64,000 bases of DNA from Callorhinchus milii (Eukaryota). A model generated the notes under the pieces. The model did no database searches. It saw only the letters and a program-made list of their open reading frames with translations, and had not been told where the DNA came from. Location: assembly GCF_018977255.1 (NCBI RefSeq), contig NW_024704743.1:80540001-80604000 (forward strand), written 5' to 3'. This document shows positions 13,982-28,129 of the stretch, piece after piece. The position numbers were made by a program, and so were the translations under genes. How positions within the stretch are numbered: the first letter of the stretch is position 1; every line of letters begins with the position of its first letter.

Positions 13982-14310
13982 GATAATAATAATAATAATA
14001 ATAATAATCCTTGCATTTGATATAGCGCTTTTCACGTCGGAAGGACGTCCCAAAGCGCTTCACAGAACACACTGTAAAGTGAATTGACTGTAAATTTGTG
14101 GGCGAACGCGGCAGCCAATTGCGCACAGCAATGTCCCACAAACAGTCGTAGATTGAAAATGCCAATTTTATTATTGTTTTTGGTTTTGGAGGGATTATTA
14201 TTAGGCGTGTGGAGTAAGGAAATTTGCCCAAGGTTTTGCCCTGCCTGGAATTGAACTCAGGTCTCTCGCTTGCAAAGCGAGTGCTCTAACCACTGAGCTA
14301 CAGGACTCCA
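13982..14310 (-). mobile_element. Young tRNA-headed SINE (same family as 39980-40298)
   Basis: Near-identical full-length copy with (ATT)n tail. Confidence 0.92.
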
Positions 14311-16829
14311 CAGGTGCTATATCAAATGCAAGGGTTATTATTACTATCTTGCATGACGACAGAGGAGGAAATCAGATCTTTGCCAATACCCTTGGAGGGA
14401 AAGGAAGAGTATGAGGTAGCGGGAGCAATGGCCGAGCAGGTACAGTGGTACTAATGATCCTACTAATGACCCCAACCCTAACCCTAAGCTTATCATTGTA
14501 AACCTGTGACCTTATTGACTGATTTCCTTCACTTCATTTTCCGTCTCCTTTACTTGGGACACACCATCATGGGTCCCACTCTCTTCCCCTCTCACACTGT
14601 GAGTCATGCTAGTCAATACAAACAAATCACTTAGTTGGGAACTTGGAAGAATAAACACAGCAAACTGACGCCACACACACATTGTTAGGGATCTGAATAT
14701 TGTAAATGCTTTCATTTTTCTGTTTTCCTTATTATTTGATATGCTTATTGTTGACATCTAACGGTCATTCTCAGTCATTTGTTTGCTCTGCGTGTTCATG
14801 TTTCGTATACGTAAATATTTCTCTGGAAGTTCTTTAGAGTTCACCAGCAACATTTGTCTGGTTCACAGAGTTCCAAAAAGGCGCATATACTATACATTCT
14901 TACCATTGGTAGGAAACAATTTCTGACGTACTGACTATTTCCCCTCAGCTCATGCAAAACTAAGACCTTTTATGTGGTTTGCTCAGAACACCATTTTGCC
15001 AATAAATAAGCACTGAAACTCACAGGAATGTAGGCCATACAATTAATGTTTGGTAACTCATTAACTCCCCAAATTACATCATGGATCTTAATTGTCTTAG
15101 TTAAATTTCAACCCTTATGTATGTGGTTATAAGAACAATGAATATACAAGGGTGACTGCATTTTAAGAACAGAAAATAAAACACAGATGTAAACTCGTCA
15201 AGTAACAGGCACAAGGGGTAAGACATTTCTCTTGTTGATATGGGTAGATTTTGACAATGGGTACATGTAGTGGGAATTCTAGAAGAGTTTAATTTGCGGT
15301 ATTTCTTAATCGCATTCCGCAATAAGAAAACCGAAGCCTGAAATTCCATCTTGTTTCAGCCTGTAAAACCATTCTGTCTTAAAAGTTAAGATTTAAATAG
15401 AGCTGTGTAAAATTCTTAAATTCAATTTTCAATTCACTTAAAATGTTTTTCTGCAGTTTTCAAAAAGGAACGGCTTTCAAAATGAATACTGAATTTAAGA
15501 ACTTTCCACGATTCTGTGCAATCTTAAATTCTAAAACAAAATGGTGTTACAGGCTAAGACCAAGTGGAATTTCAACCCTCAGGTCATTCATACAGACATA
15601 TATCATGATGATTTGTTGGACGTCTGATCCAAAGAAATACACTTCCAGAGCAGAATTCCCTTCAAGTCGATGGAAATTCAAACAGGATAACTTGTTAACT
15701 CCATTTAAAAATACTATATTTTTGATCTCAATTGTTAGCGATGCTTCATTCAGTAACAAGAGCCATTTCACCCCAAGACATAAGGCCTGACATATATTTA
15801 GGGCTATTTGCACAGACTCAGCAGACATGAGTATTTTGAAATTGTGTAAGACAAGTTATTACTCAATCTGGTTTAGTGTTAAGTGTTACTTCACAGTGTG
15901 GCCTTTTTACTGCTCTTTAAAGGACCAATATAAAGAATCCCATTTGCTTTCTTTTACGGGGAGCAGTGGAATGTTAACCTTTATTAAACCTGGCAAATAG
16001 TAGAAAGGTTTTTGACCCTATCTTTTTCATATCTGAATAACATTTTGACAATATTGCAGTTAATAACTAGGGCCCGTGCGGAGCAAAGATGTGCGTTACT
16101 CTGGGCTGTGCTCACTGAAAGTAACTGGTTTTGAGCTGGCGAAGGAGTTAACAGTGAAAATTGCTCTGAGACAAAGTTCAAATGAGATCACAAATTAGGC
16201 TCAGGAAAGCGTTGAGTGGGTGCCTTGAGTAACCAATTTAAACCAGTCATGACTGGCTATACAAAGATGCCACAGAGTTTCAAAACAGGTTTAAAAAGAG
16301 TTTGTGAAGGGGTTGGTTAAAGTAATTGAGTTGTGACTTGTTAAAGATGTGCTTGGCTTGGAAGGTTGTTAGTAAGGAAGTATGGTTCAGAGCTTTATGT
16401 CTTCCACCTTGAGATGCTTGACATTGCCACTAGACACGAAGACTTGAATTATCAATTGGGCCTGCAACTGAACGGGGGAGATAGAGAAGCTGATAAACAC
16501 TCTACCTGCATGGTCAGGTCCATCCTGTACTTGCATTTCCAGAGACAAGAGTCAATCCAAACTTGAATCGTGTGAGCTGGTAAAAATTATTTCTCTCTGG
16601 AATTGGTCCCACTTAAAATTTGCTTCTGATTTCAAGTGGCAATTGCACACATCAAAGATTGTCTTTGTACAACTACAAATGCAGAGTAACTACACTTTAC
16701 AGTAAATCTGCTTTGAGCATTTCCAACAAGTTGCTATATACAATACTATCTGCAAAATGGGTGCCACATTTGCTCACAAAATATACACTCATTTCACTTT
16801 ACAGTATGTTCCCAATTTCTGGGGACTGT

Positions 16830-18045
16830 CCCTGGATGAGTGGACCATCAACCACTCTATTCTTCTCCACCGCCTCTCCTCTCATATACACCTCAACGAT
16901 TCAGTCCTTGCCTGGTTCCAATCTTACCTTTCCCATTGTCTGCCCTTCATGTCCACTAATGACTTCTCCTCTAGTCTTCCCCCATCTTCGGTCCCTTCCT
17001 CTTCAATATATACCTGCTCCAGCTCGGTGATGTCATCCACAGGCATAGGGTTAACTTCCACATGTACGCGGATGACACCCAACTCTATCTCACTCCTCCA
17101 CCCTCAACTCCAGGACCACAAATGTCCTGGATAATTGTATCAGACATCAAGTCCTGGATGAGAGCCAACTTCCTCCAGCTGAATATTGGCAAGACCAAGG
17201 GCCTCTTGCTTGGCTCCCATCCGCGCCTCCTCACCTCAGGCACTGACAGTATCATTATTCATGGTTGCATTCTACACCTCATGGAGCCAGTATGGGATTT
17301 GGTGTCCTGTTTAGCCCTCAGCTATCCTTCAAAACCCCACATTCGTGCTGTGACCCGTTCTGCCTTTCCTCACCTCCACAACATTGCCTGCCTCCACCAC
17401 TCCCTCTCACCGGAGGCCGCCGAGACCCTTATCCACTCTTGTATCATGTCCTGGCTTGACTACCCCAACTGCCTGCTCACTGGACTTCCCAACTCTACCC
17501 TCCACAAGATGCAGATTATTCAGAACTCTGTAGCTCGTGTCCTCTCCCGCACCAGGCTTCGAGAACCTATCACCCCCAGTCTTGCCTGACTTCACTGGCT
17601 CCCCATTCCCTAGGGAATCAAATTCAAATCCCTCATTCTGACCTTCAAGGCCCTCCACAGTCTTGCTTCCCCTATCTCTGGGACCTCCTAACCCAATATC
17701 AGCCTGTCCGCTCCCTCCGCATGGCAGACACTGGCCTGCTCTGGGTCCCCCGCAATTACCGCCCCACCATTGGTGGTCGGGAATTCAGGATCTCTGCCTC
17801 CACAATCTGCAACTCTATCCCATAATCCCTCCGCCTCACCCCCTCTCTTGCCTCCTTCAAGTTCCATCCAAAAACCTTCCTCTTCGTGCCTTCAGCCACC
17901 CTCTGCCCACCACCACCCCCACGCCCTCCACCCATCCTGACCCCAAATCCCAGCTCGGGTCCAAAACCCCTCATTGTCCAGCGCAGTGGGACGTCTTTCC
18001 GATGTGAAGGGCCCCCTACAAGTGTAATTTGTTATTGTTGTTGTT
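16830..18045 (+). mobile_element. L2-clade LINE 3' portion (RT C-terminus and tail)
   Basis: YADDTQLY, IKSWMRANFLQLNIGKT, LDYPNCLL, QIIQNSVARVL; tail GGGACGTC...GTGAAGG...(TTG)n. Confidence 0.9.
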
Positions 18046-19447
18046 CTATTGTGTCTCTGGCCAAATTTGCCCTGTCTTGAGTTCAGCAACAAACTGAGCA
18101 AGAGCAGTAAAATTCCAAAAGAGATATAATCAATACAGAAATACAGCAATTAATCCGAAGAGAAATAAAGCAATTAAATACAGCAAGTTTTTCCTGTACT
18201 GCCAGCTCAGGAATTGTGGTGAGTTGAATTTTATTATATATGTGTCCCTGGTTTTCTTTTAGAAAGTATGGTCACCCTACATATAGTATGTCCTGTGAAG
18301 CTCTTTGAGACGTCCTCCTGACATGAAAGAAAGACACTTTTTCAGATATGAGGATTATCATTATGTTAAATGTAAGGATTATTATTGTTTCTGAGTAGTT
18401 TTCACAAAACGAGTAACTGTTGCTGGAATAATGGCTTTTAGGACAAGATTATCTGTCACTGACGATGCATAAAGTATATTAAAAGACAGATAACACAGCA
18501 TTAACCATGGTTGGATCTCCTGTCCAGTGGCTTTGTGAACTTTAAGGTTTTACAGTAATTTTTGCTGCCTGGTTCTATTTCTGTTTAAACAGCTTTCAGT
18601 TTAAGAAATGACAATTTTTTGTGTCAGAAAAGATTAAATTTTTTGAACAAATCACTGACTTGATGTGTTCCATTTGTCAAATGAAAATTGAAAGTTTGGA
18701 ATAGAGACAATGATTGAATGAAACTCCCCCTCCGATTGCCCTCCTGTGCCTCCAGAAGAGGTAATTTGTCACCATCGGATTGAAGACTTGGGAAAACTCT
18801 GTCAACTGTCAGTCACTGTTACTGTCAAGTTGTTTCTCTTATTTTTGACTGAGGTCAATTTAATGATATGTTAAATATTAAAGGGTCTTCTCCCCTCTCT
18901 CCCCCCAAACCATCCTGAATGATGTTCATGAAGTCAGTCCACCGATAATGGATTCTGATCATGATCTTTGACCTCCAGTTATTGGGATACCAGCCACTTT
19001 GAGGTTCAGTTTAATAAAAAAATCCTGCACATAGCAAACCTTGATGAAAGTATAGTGGCAGGTAGTGCCTGGTGAAAACAGATTGAAGGAGAGGAACAAT
19101 GTGTGGTGTTCACCTTTCTACAGACCATAGAGATTGATTTTTTAAACCAAAAAATAATAATCCTTGCATTTTATATAGCACATTATCAAGTCGTCGAGGA
19201 TTTGACTGTGAAGTATTGTGATTGTGTATTTGTAGGCGAGCGAAGCAGCCAATTTGTACATAGCAATGTTCCACACACAGTCATGAAGTAAATGATCCAT
19301 GAAGCCATTAAATCAGTTTTATTTATGGATTGAACATACAACCGTCTGAATTAGAAGCAAGAGTTCTACCCAATGAGTTCTAGCTACAGAGCCAGGCTGA
19401 TGATTGTTGAAATAGCCATGCTATAAAGTAGCCCAAGGTATATACTC

Positions 19448-19650
19448 ACAGAATTCTACAACACAGATGAAGGCCATTTGGCCCATTGTGCTTGTGCCGG
19501 CTCTTTGAAAGAGCTATCCAATTAGTCTCACTTTCCAACTCTTTTCCCATTGCCTTGCAATTTCTTTCTTTTCAAGTAAATATCCAATTCCCTTTTGAAA
19601 GTTATTATTGAATCTGCTTTCACCATCCTTCCAGGCAGTGCATTCTAGAT
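19448..19650 (-). mobile_element. CR1 3' terminal fragment
   Basis: AGAATTCTACAACACAG...GGCCATTTGGCCCAT...GCCGGCTC, similar to the 3' ends at 5800 and 42050. Confidence 0.8.
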
Positions 19651-21261
19651 CGTATATGCCTGAATATAAGCTCAGCATTTTTGAAGGAAGAAATTCATAG
19701 TAAGAATACTGGAGTCTAATTGACCTGTATTTTTTAAATTGAGCCTTGCTAAGACTACACACCTTATTTATTGTCTGCTTAATACATCCATTCCCAAATC
19801 CCATAGTACTTTCTCACTTTCACTTCTCTCCAGTTGGGTAACACCTAAGTGTCAAAGCATTTGGGTGGGAGCTTTACACAGGAAACGCCATTTCCTTGTA
19901 CTTTGCGCTGTGGAGTTATTATCTAGGTTAATTGTGCAAATAGCTAACTTGTTGACTATCATTTGAAGGTTATTCGACTGGCTAGCTCAGTACTGAGAGC
20001 GGAGTTGTACACTTCCACTGCTCGAGCTTAGGGATGTTCAATCGTGTGTTTATGAATATAACCAGTGCATCAATTTGAGCCACACCAGGAAGTACCTGCT
20101 CCCAGTCTGACCATTATCAAACATCACCCATTGTTGTCAGTTGGAAAGGAAGGATACCACCCAGTTAAAGTGTACCTCTACTGAGCTCTGGATTGATTAA
20201 CGGTTCCATGGAAATCTGGGGAAATGATGTCAAAGACAAGTGTGAGTCATAAAATTAAATAATGTCAAACCTGCATGGGAATTAAAATAATTGTGCTCTA
20301 ACAATTGATTCCTGGTCAGATGTCGCACTCTGGTTCATATTCAAGGGATATGTTTTGGTTGGGGAATGCATAAATCATCCAAATTACTGAAGGTCAATCT
20401 GTGGCGGAAAGACTGGGCTTGTTCACAGCTCATTCTCACTCTTCAACTTGGAAAGAAGAGAAACCAGGCAGGCTGGACTGAGGTCAGGTGGGGAATAAAA
20501 GATTCAACAAGTCATACCACACCAGTCAATTTTTTTATGAGCATAGAAAATCAGGAGAAGGGGTCGCTATTGAGTCTATCGAGCCCAACCCTTCAATTTA
20601 TTAGATCTTGGCATATCATTTAATGCCCAATGCATACATTTCTCAGTGCTTTATAGCTATAAAACAAAAACGTAGCAAAGCGGATAAGTTTAATATTGCT
20701 CCAGAGGTTACAATTTACACTTAAAATGTCACTGCCCTGCCAGAGATTTTTCAAGATTGTGATCAATCAATCAATCTTGGAAGGCAACAACTAGGTCTCA
20801 TCAACTGGGAATGCCCTGCCACTTAGCAATTGTTCAATGTTAGATACCACAAGACTGCTAGTTCTGTTATTAACAGTGTTTTGTGTTGGCATAAATATCA
20901 CATTGAGTGCTAAAAGAACTGTGAACTTCACCGCATTATTCAAAATTTAGCCTTGTCAAAGGTTTACAAAATGTTAAATTATATTTAACAGTCCTCAGCT
21001 ACCTACATCCAAGTGATTGTTTTCTTCTATGTTGATAACCTCTTCACAGTGACGCCATGCTTTCAGTGAATGACCCAAAATCACACCCAAATCCATTTCC
21101 TTTTCCACCTTTGCCAACAGATGTCCTTAAACTCTGGCTACACAATACAGTATTTCCTGTATCCAAGCCTCTTCTATCTGTAGTGGGAATTGCTAGCAAT
21201 CATTCTCCACAGAAATACGCCTCTATTCTGGTAATACGCCTCTGCTATTGTTATTATACTG

Positions 21262-21645
21262 GTGGTTCAAGCCCCACTTCAGGATTTGGAATCACAAAGT
21301 CTAAGCTGACTCTCCAATGCAGTCCTGGGGTGTATTGCATTGTCGGAGGTGCCATCCTTCAGATGAGCCATCAAACTGTGGTCCTGTCTGCTTGTTCAGA
21401 TGGACGTTAAAGATCCCTTGGCTCTATTCGAAAAGACAAGGTGTCCTGGCCAACAATTCCCCAAATAAAATTCATCACTCATTCCATAGTTATATATATG
21501 TGGGTCATTGCTGTATGCAACTGGCTGCCACAGTTCACTCACAAAATACAATCAATCTACTTTACAGCATATCCTGTGAAGCACTTTGAGATGTCTTGAC
21601 GATGTGAAAGGTGCTATAACAAATGCAAGGATTATTATATTATTA
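21262..21645 (+). mobile_element. Deu-domain SINE
   Basis: GGTTCAAGCCC, GCCATCCTTCAGATGAG, GGACGTTAAAGATCCC, GGTGTCCTGGCCAAC, AAATGCAAGGATTATTA tail. Confidence 0.82.
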
Positions 21646-22024
21646 ATATTACCTCTGCTGTCAGGAAACCTGTTAAAAATATCAGTCCAAGATAGAGACG
21701 TTAAATCACATCTTTATCCATGTATCTCCATGGGGAAAGTCTCAATCAACATCCAGCTCAAAATTAATAAACTTGGGAAGATTTTGCCAAATAAAATGTT
21801 TGCATTTGATTTGGTGCCTTTCACATCAGGATGATGTCTAAGCACTTCACACAAATTTCTGTAAAGTGTAGTGACTGTAATATAAAGGTGAATGTGGTAG
21901 TCGATTTGCGCACAGCAATGTCCCACGGACAACCATGAAGTGAACAAGTTAGGATTTTGCTGTATCTTAGGCCATCCTCTCAGACTCAAGTGTTTGCTTG
22001 TTTTGCATGTCTTTTGTTTTTTGG

Positions 22025-22325
22025 TCAAGATTCTAAGTGGTGTTGAGAAAATAAACCGCGAACAATACTTTCAGACATACCAAAGCAGCAGAACACGAGG
22101 GCATAGGTTCAGAGACATTTCAGGACTGACACCAGAAGTATTTCTTTATACTGGAGGGTAATTAATACCAGGAATGGATTCTCAGGTGAGGTGGTTATTG
22201 TTAGGGCACTGGACTTGCTTAATAAACGGCTTGATGTTGTGATTGCCGGTTGCATATACTGTAAGGATTAAATCAAATGGGCCAATGAACCTTCTTCACC
22301 TGCATCTCCCTTGTGATCTTGTAAT
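22025..22325 (+). mobile_element. Decayed CR1 3' fragment
   Basis: KILSGVEKINREQYF...TRGHRF translation; ATGGGCCAATGAACCTT end. Confidence 0.65.
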
Positions 22326-23475
22326 CTTTAATGTTTGTTGAGTAAAAGGTGGAAATGTTAAACCAAACTACAGGTATAACTTTAAGAATTTGGAGGACAG
22401 AAAAAAAAAGTATAAATTTGATATTGTCATTTAACCAAAGCAATTCAGCAGCAACTTTAGATAAAAACCCACAAATATTTCTTACATTTTCAATTGTCCA
22501 GAATCCATTGAAATAAGATGACTAAAGAAGAGTTCATTTTTTGGAGTAAATTCCAATTGTCCTCTGTAAACTGAGCATTTGATCTTAATTTATTTGTGAT
22601 CAAAAAGACCCATGAGAGAGAACCCTCAGATGCCATCTCTTTGAGAGAGATTCAAGTCAAGGTCTGGAATTTGAAACAAGTGTGAAGGAACTTATAATAT
22701 CACTTTTTTTTTATCTCTTCCACTAACTTTACCCACCCTTTAAAATCTGGGCACTTTATTCGTATTTTTGTGTGGTGTGTTTAGAGTTCACAGCTGGAGT
22801 GACTGCATTGTATGTTTGTGTAATTGACGGTCACTGGGATGCTGGTTCACGGATCCTGGTCCTTTATCTATGCACCTGGACAATATTTCTTCCTGCAGTT
22901 TGCCTGTGTCATCTGTTACCACTTATATATAGTAAATACTGTGTGCTTACACCCCCTTCCTCTCAGCATTTATCACTGTGACCTGACTGGAAATGGTCAG
23001 TGCTTTGATCAAAAGCACTTCCTCAATGTGAAGTAAGACACAATCTTAAATTATATTAACATCTTGGAGAACTGGAATAATATCTTTGCATGAAATTTCA
23101 AATCAGAGACTTTCTTATTTTTTCAGAATATATTGCACAGTAAGTGGGTCACCTCTTGTATACTACCTTTTTGCTATGGCTATAGCTATGACCGAGTTCC
23201 CATTTTGAAGCTGCAAAGCAGAGCCAGCCATTTTCTCTGTCAAATGTCTCAGAATGCTTGGATCTTGAGCAATATTGTCTGGCACTATTGTCTTGGTTTG
23301 AATATACAGTATTTAAACTAGTTCAAGAAAACTTAAAAAATGCAGTTCAGGAAAACATTTTTAAAAGAGACTGGAGAAGATAAAATGGTGTAAAAATGGA
23401 TATTTATTTGTTATAGTTACTTTAATATTCAGTGTATTTTTCAAGGCTATCGTTAAAGAAATAAACGTAAGAGAA

Positions 23476-24344
23476 ATTTATTTTGTTCCTGATATCAAAC
23501 TCCAGCGATATATCAAGTATGTTTATCAAAATATTGTGTTGTTGTTACGTTTATACTGCTGGAAGCAAAAGGACATTTCTTCTAATGGTACATTGATGTA
23601 GAGCAGGCAGCCTGATTTATGGAATCTGCTCCACATTGCATTACTGGCTGTTATAAAACATACACCCAGTTTTGGAGTTCTGTCCATGCAGAGCATAGCT
23701 TGTGCACAAAGTGCCAAAATCATGTGTTTGATTTAAAGTGTTATTCAATCACGAAACTGACTCTTTAATAACATTAAAAGATGATCCCTCAAATTCTTGG
23801 GTTATTAATAATAGACTGCAAGAGCTTTCAACAAGCCAGCAGGGAACAGAACTCAACACTATTTGCACCCTCTGTGTTTGTATTCCAATAGGGTCAAGTC
23901 TAACTACTCCTGAAACCACGTCCTCCTTGTTCAAGCCTGTTTATACTGTATATTTTCCACTGAATTGCTGCCAGCTTCATAACAATTTGACATGAAAAGT
24001 ACAGTATACTTTTGTGTGTCTAGAAGATTCTGTAATTTGTATTTCCGTAATCTTATATTGAGAACTCCTTCAGCCTGTTTCACACCTACCCTATCCTCTT
24101 GTTTTATTTATTTTGTTCCTGATATCAAACTCCAGCGATATATCAAGTATGTTTATCAAAATATTGTGTTGTTGTTACGTTTATACTGCTGGAAGCAAAA
24201 GGACATTTCTTCTAATGGTACATTGATGTAGAGCAGGCAGCCTGATTTATGGAATCTGCTCCACATTGCATTACTGGCTGTTATAAAACATACACCCAGT
24301 TTTGGAGTTCTGTCCATGCAGAGCATAGCTTGTGCACAAAGTGC
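23476..24344 (+). repeat. Exact 239-bp direct repeat pair (23476-23714 and 24106-24344)
   Basis: No mismatch seen by eye; 630-bp offset. Confidence 0.92.
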
Positions 24345-26252
24345 ACATCTTCATCACTAAACTAGATTATCATCACTAAACTAGATTATCTACAGACTGA
24401 CCACAACAGTGTTCCAATAATCAATGCCAATAACTTGTTTTGTAACAATGTAGCTGTCAAACAACCAAAACCTACCAGCTCTTATCTTTGATGAGTCTAT
24501 ACATTGTGAAAGCGTGAGCCAAATTGGAGACATTCCTCGTTCCAAGCCTCCTCTACCATTATATTGCCTCTAAACATCTGGAGGGCATTTTCAGTAACTA
24601 ATGCTCTACACATGCATGCACAGCTCAAGATCATTGCGTAAGTAAACACTTTCACATGTACACAAATTACCATTACAAATTTATTTTTTGCCATCTTTGC
24701 TGCTGAAATAATAACAACAAATTGCATTTGTATAATAGTGCTGTGATCTTTCATTACACTGTATTTAATGGGAGATCCAACTCCCAATTTTTCCTAATTT
24801 CATGCCTAGGAAAACCAACTATTTGATATTATGAGTTGCCTACAAAGGCAGGCTTGCATCAGGATGCAAACCTCTCATCTATATTTGTCACAAATCCATG
24901 TTCATCAATGACAATCTTAACTTACAGTACTTATCTTTTCTGACCTCAAGTGGAATTTTGCCCATTGTTAAAGGTGCCTTCAAGAAGCTCTTATTATTAA
25001 GTAATAAAACATTTTTTTCTCTAAACAACTCTTAACTCTTTGTAAACCCAATCCTGTGCCCATATTTATCTATTCCTACACTCCTAGATGAAAAATAGCA
25101 GAGGTTTCTCATCTGAGCAGTGAGACGAGTTTCAGGAAGTGCAAAGTTTGTTTTTAAAAGGTGAAATTCAGGTCAAAGGTAGTTTTTACTGATTGACTTT
25201 CACCCAAAAAGAGGGCATTTATCAGTGAAAGTTAGTTTTAAAAAGAAGAAAAAAAACTTTTAATGGTGCTAATAAATAAGTGAAACGAGAGGTATGTTTT
25301 CTGATGTTATAGTCTGTATATACTGCACAGGACAAAATGCTCAATGTCCATTTTTGAAGAGTCCAAGCCAGTCTTTTTCTAGCCCAGTTGATAATGTAAG
25401 CTTGTCAATGATTTCATTCCACATTTATTGCTGCTGCAATCTTATTTACTGTGTCAAATTATAGTACAAGCAAATTTTGGGTGATTTTTGCAACACTTTA
25501 AAATACATCTTACAACCTATTTTCATCACATGAAAATGTCATAAGCAGAGGGGAAGGATGGGAATAAAACTACACTTTAACAGTTCTGTTTTTTAATTTA
25601 AAAAAGCAAGGATTTGTATACCAGAGCATCATGCTATAATTATACAAAGCACGTCTGTTTTTTTGGAAATGGAATCAAACCCTTCCTCTTGGAAGAAACT
25701 CAGAAGCTGGAAGTACCAAGGCTGGGCAAAGGACAGTTCGCAGAATTTCTTTTTTTCATTGCTTCATTTCCTCTTCCATGTAATTTCAGGAGGGTGTGCT
25801 GATTGTCTTCAGAAGAAGTCAAATGAAAAGGAGTAGTCACATCATCCCATGAGCTGGCTTGGTTAGGGTACGCAGGGTGAGTCAGACAGGATGCCCTGAG
25901 AATTAAGTGAAGGTCATGAGAATTCTTCCCTGAAAGGGAAACAGATGTTAGACCAGAGGCGTAGTGCTAACTGTGCATGCCTGGATACCCTTTTGACATC
26001 TTACTGAGTGTAAATTTAAAACTAAGGGTGTAAGGACTCAACTAGAATCTACAAATTATGATCTGACACACTGAGGACTAACTTTCTGGTTGTGCTCACC
26101 AGACATGTATAAGCAGAGCGAATATAGTGTGTGTAACTCACAACCCATGAAAAACAGTCACCTGTACTGCCTTTCAATTGTTATCAATGACATAACTAAG
26201 TGCACCAGTTTGGGTTAACGCAAACCACAATTTAGACTCTAAATCTCTGAGA

Positions 26253-26463
26253 CAGTGATGGCCAGCCTTTTTGGTCGGCCAACAACCTAAACTTTCTTGA
26301 TTGAATATTTCTTGATTTATGCCATTCAATCAAGAAAAACCTGGAAACGCACACGACCAATTGAACACGGATGTACCTAGTCTAGTACGAATGTTCGGAG
26401 GGATGCTTCTTGATAGCCCCGTGGGCCACTTCTGGCCCGCAGGCCATTGGTTGGCCACCACTG
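26253..26463. mobile_element. Non-autonomous hAT-type MITE (211 bp)
   Basis: TIRs CAGTGATGGCCAGCC and GGTTGGCCACCACTG (13/15 match). Flanking 8-mers CTCTGAGA and CTCTAAGC (6/8) fit a decayed 8-bp TSD. Subterminal GGCCCGCAGGCC motif. Confidence 0.75.
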
Positions 26464-26664
26464 CTCTAAGCTATTTATCGAGACCTCTATGCCGACTCTT
26501 CTTGGCCATAAATTTCCTTGGCAATGGAAAGCCGAGGGGAAATATTGATTCTGTCACAAGTACTGTTGGTAGATACTATACTTTACCTGGCTGCAAAATA
26601 AGGGTGACGTTACTATAAAGGTCCTGACTGAAAAAGGCACCTTTTTTTTGGTCAGGTAGGTGTC

Positions 26665-27240
26665 TGATGTATGCAGAATCCCATCACTACGTTTAAGAGT
26701 ATCCAAACCAAACTGAGAATTCCATGCATCCCACCTACACATTAAAATTCCCTTCTATTGGAATGGAATGTGCACTCTCTCCACAGAGACAGAGGAACAT
26801 ATCCTGCATCCTTATAGAACAACAAGTACAGGCTGGCAAGAACAAGGCTTGGTAACCCCACAGTGTGTGTTGGGGTACCCCTGGAGTCAAACCAGCTCAA
26901 CCTGCATAGCTTGCTATTGAAAGCACTGTCTGGCAAGCTTTCCTACCTGTTAGGGTTTGGTTTGCAGGGTTAACAGGAGCTGCTTGGGAAGAATAGCTGC
27001 TCCCAGTGATTGGCCTACTCCAAGTCCTGCCGATGAGCCAGTCTGGCTGCGCTGTCATCAGCAGTGCCCTAGAGTCCTGATCACCTTCCTGGTAAAGGAA
27101 CTGGATTACTGAGACCACCACAGACGATTGGTTTGATTCTGATATTCCATTGCCAAGCAACTCCAATAACTTCCACTGGAGTCAGTTGAGCTCTAGCAAG
27201 ACCCTGCTCAAGGAGGATAGCCATAATTGGTCATCTCCTG
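26665..27240. repeat. Unclassified old dispersed repeat (other copies at about 870-1260, 3585-4135, 7625-7830 plus 8221-8262)
   Basis: Shared ordered motifs TTAAGAGTATCCAAACCA, GGAATG, TTGGGGTAC, CATAGCTTGC, GAGACCACCACAGAC, TGGAGTCAGTT. Confidence 0.7.
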
Positions 27241-27524
27241 AAATAATATACGTAAATAGAATTGAGTTATTCAATGAGGACCTCCTTATTCTATGGGCAG
27301 GAGGAAAGACCGTACCTAAGCAGCAGCACATTTGAAGTGGAAGAAGCATTTAGGACCAAGGATGAGACCATCACATAAAAACAGTGAGTTTGCTTAACAG
27401 TTAGCTGTTAGCTTTGCAGGGAGCATTCACATGACACTTGACTCAGGCACTTGGACGACAGAGAATTGTGGAAATGTAATGCTCCTTGTGTTCTTATCAC
27501 AAAGCTGTTCCAATGAGAGGTTCG

Positions 27525-28020
27525 TTTACAACAACAACAACTTATATAGTGCCCTCCACGCAGGGTAGCGTCTCAGAGTGCTTAATAGTGGAGCCTGACT
27601 CCGAGTTGGAGCGTATGGAGGAGGTAACCGTAAGCATGGTTGGAAAGGAAGGTTTTCAGGCTGGAAAAATGGGAGAGAGGGTCAAGGTGGAGGGATTGTG
27701 GGAGAGTGTTCCAGAGTTTTGGGGCGTAGTGGCTGAAAGAGTGAGACCTCCAATGGTGGAGCGGAGGGTGCGAGGGATGAGCAGGAGGCTGGTGCCAGTC
27801 GAGTGGAAGTGCCGGGCGGTGGATTGGGGAGTGAGGAGGTCGGAGAGGCAAGGAGGTACCAGAGAGTGAATGGATTTGAACATGAGTGTGAGGATCTTGA
27901 AGACAATCCATTCAGTGATGGGGAGCCAGTGGAGCCTGGCCAGAACTGGTGAGATGGGAGTACAGCGTTGGTCTGGGTAAGTATGCAGGCAGCAGAGTTC
28001 TGAATGAGCTGGATATTTTG
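27525..28020 (-). mobile_element. L2 3' fragment
   Basis: RSFSHYAPKLWNTLP and LKTFL (ORF 27582-27911); (CAA)n tail at about 27527. Confidence 0.85.
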
Positions 28021-28129
28021 AATAGTTTAAAAGTACTTCCTGGTGGCTACATTATGTTCACTTGCACTGATATCTTGGCATATCAGAAAGTATTATTCTA
28101 AGTTTATTTTTTCAATATTATTTTGCATC

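Noticed and set aside
14473..14488. Telomere-like CCCTAA repeats
   Set aside because: Only about two perfect units; expected by chance.
23476..24344. Possible TRIM/LTR element
   Set aside because: No PBS, no polypurine tract on the proper side, no TSD, and the repeat boundaries are not TG...CA.
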